Both the position numbers and the translations under genes were made by a program. Under the pieces are notes generated by a model. It made no database searches. It worked only from the letters and a program-made list of their open reading frames with translations, and was not told the DNA's origin. Of a stretch of DNA of 19,917 nt, positions 18,952 through 19,917 are shown piece after piece (the stretch's first letter is position 1; every line of letters begins with the position of its first letter). The DNA is taken from contig JBEQAF010000037.1 in the NCBI GenBank assembly GCA_041640455.1, forward strand, positions 1-19,917, written 5' to 3'. The stretch comes from a bacterium (GTDB lineage: Bacteria > CALINM01).

Positions 18952-19710
18952 ATGGGAAAACACAATATATTTTTTATAGGCGCCGGGCCAGGAGATCCAA
19001 GACATATTACGATGGAAGGCTTAAACTGTCTTAAAAAGAGCAAAGTAATCTTTGCTCCCAATATTTATAAAGTCACATATAAAAAATATCTGAGAAGCAA
19101 AATCATCTATGACCCGCTGGATTATCTTTTCAAAGACCTCAAAAAACTTATTGAGGAACATATTAAAGAGTCAGATATAAGCTTTCTTCTACCTGGAGAC
19201 GAGACGGTATTTTCACCCTTCCAGCCCATTATAGACCACTATAAAGATATTGCCGTTGTGGTCCCCGGTGTGGGGATTGTAAATGCTGCCTCTGCACTTT
19301 TAAAAAAGACCCTTGACCTTCCAAATGTTTCCAATACTATAGTGCTGACAAGCTCTCGATCACTCAAAACATCCTTTGAAGACCATAACTTTACAAGATT
19401 TTTAGGTAGAGATATGACCCTTGTTTTATTTATGAATCATATTCCCATCCAGGAGCTTACAGAAAGACTTATCCCCCATATGGGAGAAGACTGTCCCATC
19501 GCCATACTTTATAAAATATCTCTTCCTGAGCAAGAGATTATTGAGGGGACTCTTAAAAATATTAATCAGAAGGTAAAAAAGGATTACTTTAACTCCACCA
19601 AGGAACCATCAATGGCACTGATTATTGCGGGACATGTTCTCAAAAAGAAGGCAACTGCCAAATCCTGGGATTACAGAAAGATTAAAATATGGGACAAAAG
19701 AAAAAAATAA
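18952..19710 (+). CDS. Tetrapyrrole methylase family protein, divergent CbiF/CobM (precorrin-4 C11-methyltransferase)-like
   Basis: Motifs FIGAGPGDP, VVPGV, LPNVSNTIVLT and PIAILYKISLPEQEIIEGTL resemble CbiF/CobM. The usual SGDPxxY motif reads PGDETVF here. Confidence 0.75.
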   Translation: MGKHNIFFIGAGPGDPRHITMEGLNCLKKSKVIFAPNIYKVTYKKYLRSKIIYDPLDYLFKDLKKLIEEHIKESDISFLLPGDETVFSPFQPIIDHYKDIAVVVPGVGIVNAASALLKKTLDLPNVSNTIVLTSSRSLKTSFEDHNFTRFLGRDMTLVLFMNHIPIQELTERLIPHMGEDCPIAILYKISLPEQEIIEGTLKNINQKVKKDYFNSTKEPSMALIIAGHVLKKKATAKSWDYRKIKIWDKRKK

Positions 19711-19917
19711 GGATTCTTTCGCCTGTTGATAATTATCTGGAGGCAAAACTATTAACCGAAGAGGGTGTAGATGAGCTTTACGGCGGTTATTTTCCACCCT
19801 ATTTTTCCGATTATTCCTATTTTTTATCACCCAATCAAAGAACCTTTAAAGAAGCCCAGATGGATCGGGAGGAGTTAAAAAAGGTTGTAAGTCTGTGCCA
19901 GGAGCGGCGGATCCCCT
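19689..19917 (+). CDS. Peptidase U32-family protein (putative Fe-S hydroxylase); partial, runs off the window
   Basis: Not in the ORF track; open from ATG 19689 to the window end: MGQKKKIRILSPVDNYLEAKLLTEEGVDELYGGYFPPYFSDYSYFLSPNQRTFKEAQMDREELKKVVSLCQERRIP. It matches the U32 N-terminus (ILSP...GxDExYxG...R...EELK). It overlaps the methylase stop by 22 nt. Confidence 0.72.
   Translation, partial: MGQKKKIRILSPVDNYLEAKLLTEEGVDELYGGYFPPYFSDYSYFLSPNQRTFKEAQMDREELKKVVSLCQERRIP

Noticed and set aside
18952..19710. Calling a cobalamin biosynthesis locus or assigning cbiF
   Set aside because: No other cob/cbi gene or B12 riboswitch in the window, and a key motif has diverged.

Overview
AT-rich bacterial chromosomal core region, probably from an anaerobe related to Desulfobacterota or Myxococcota (inferred from gene content only). 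Left and centre: one tightly packed minus-strand run, rplU-rpmA-obgE-proB-proA-nadD-rsfS. It continues without a break into a Dif-like chemosensory cluster (cheR, an MCP with no periplasmic sensor, cheW, cheY, cheA, cheC, cheD; no cheB) and a truncated larB that is absent from the ORF track. Middle: a divergent ~640 aa aconitase-family gene converges on a minus-strand nrdD / CxxC redoxin / metallo-beta-lactamase unit, with no nrdG in the window. The intergenic region upstream of nrdD carries tandem NrdR boxes, a sigma70-type promoter and a same-strand cluster of DnaA-box-like 9-mers. Right: a plus-strand operon of lipoprotein, TrmH/SpoU methyltransferase, DUF218/YdcF, an orphan CbiF/CobM-like methylase and a truncated U32-family gene, also absent from the ORF track. 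I found no mobile element, CRISPR array, tRNA or rRNA. Most of the window is housekeeping. The best leads are the orphan methylase + U32 pair, the oriC-like/DnaA-regulated intergenic region, the redoxin-type class III RNR, and a GC-rich element with two competing hairpins.
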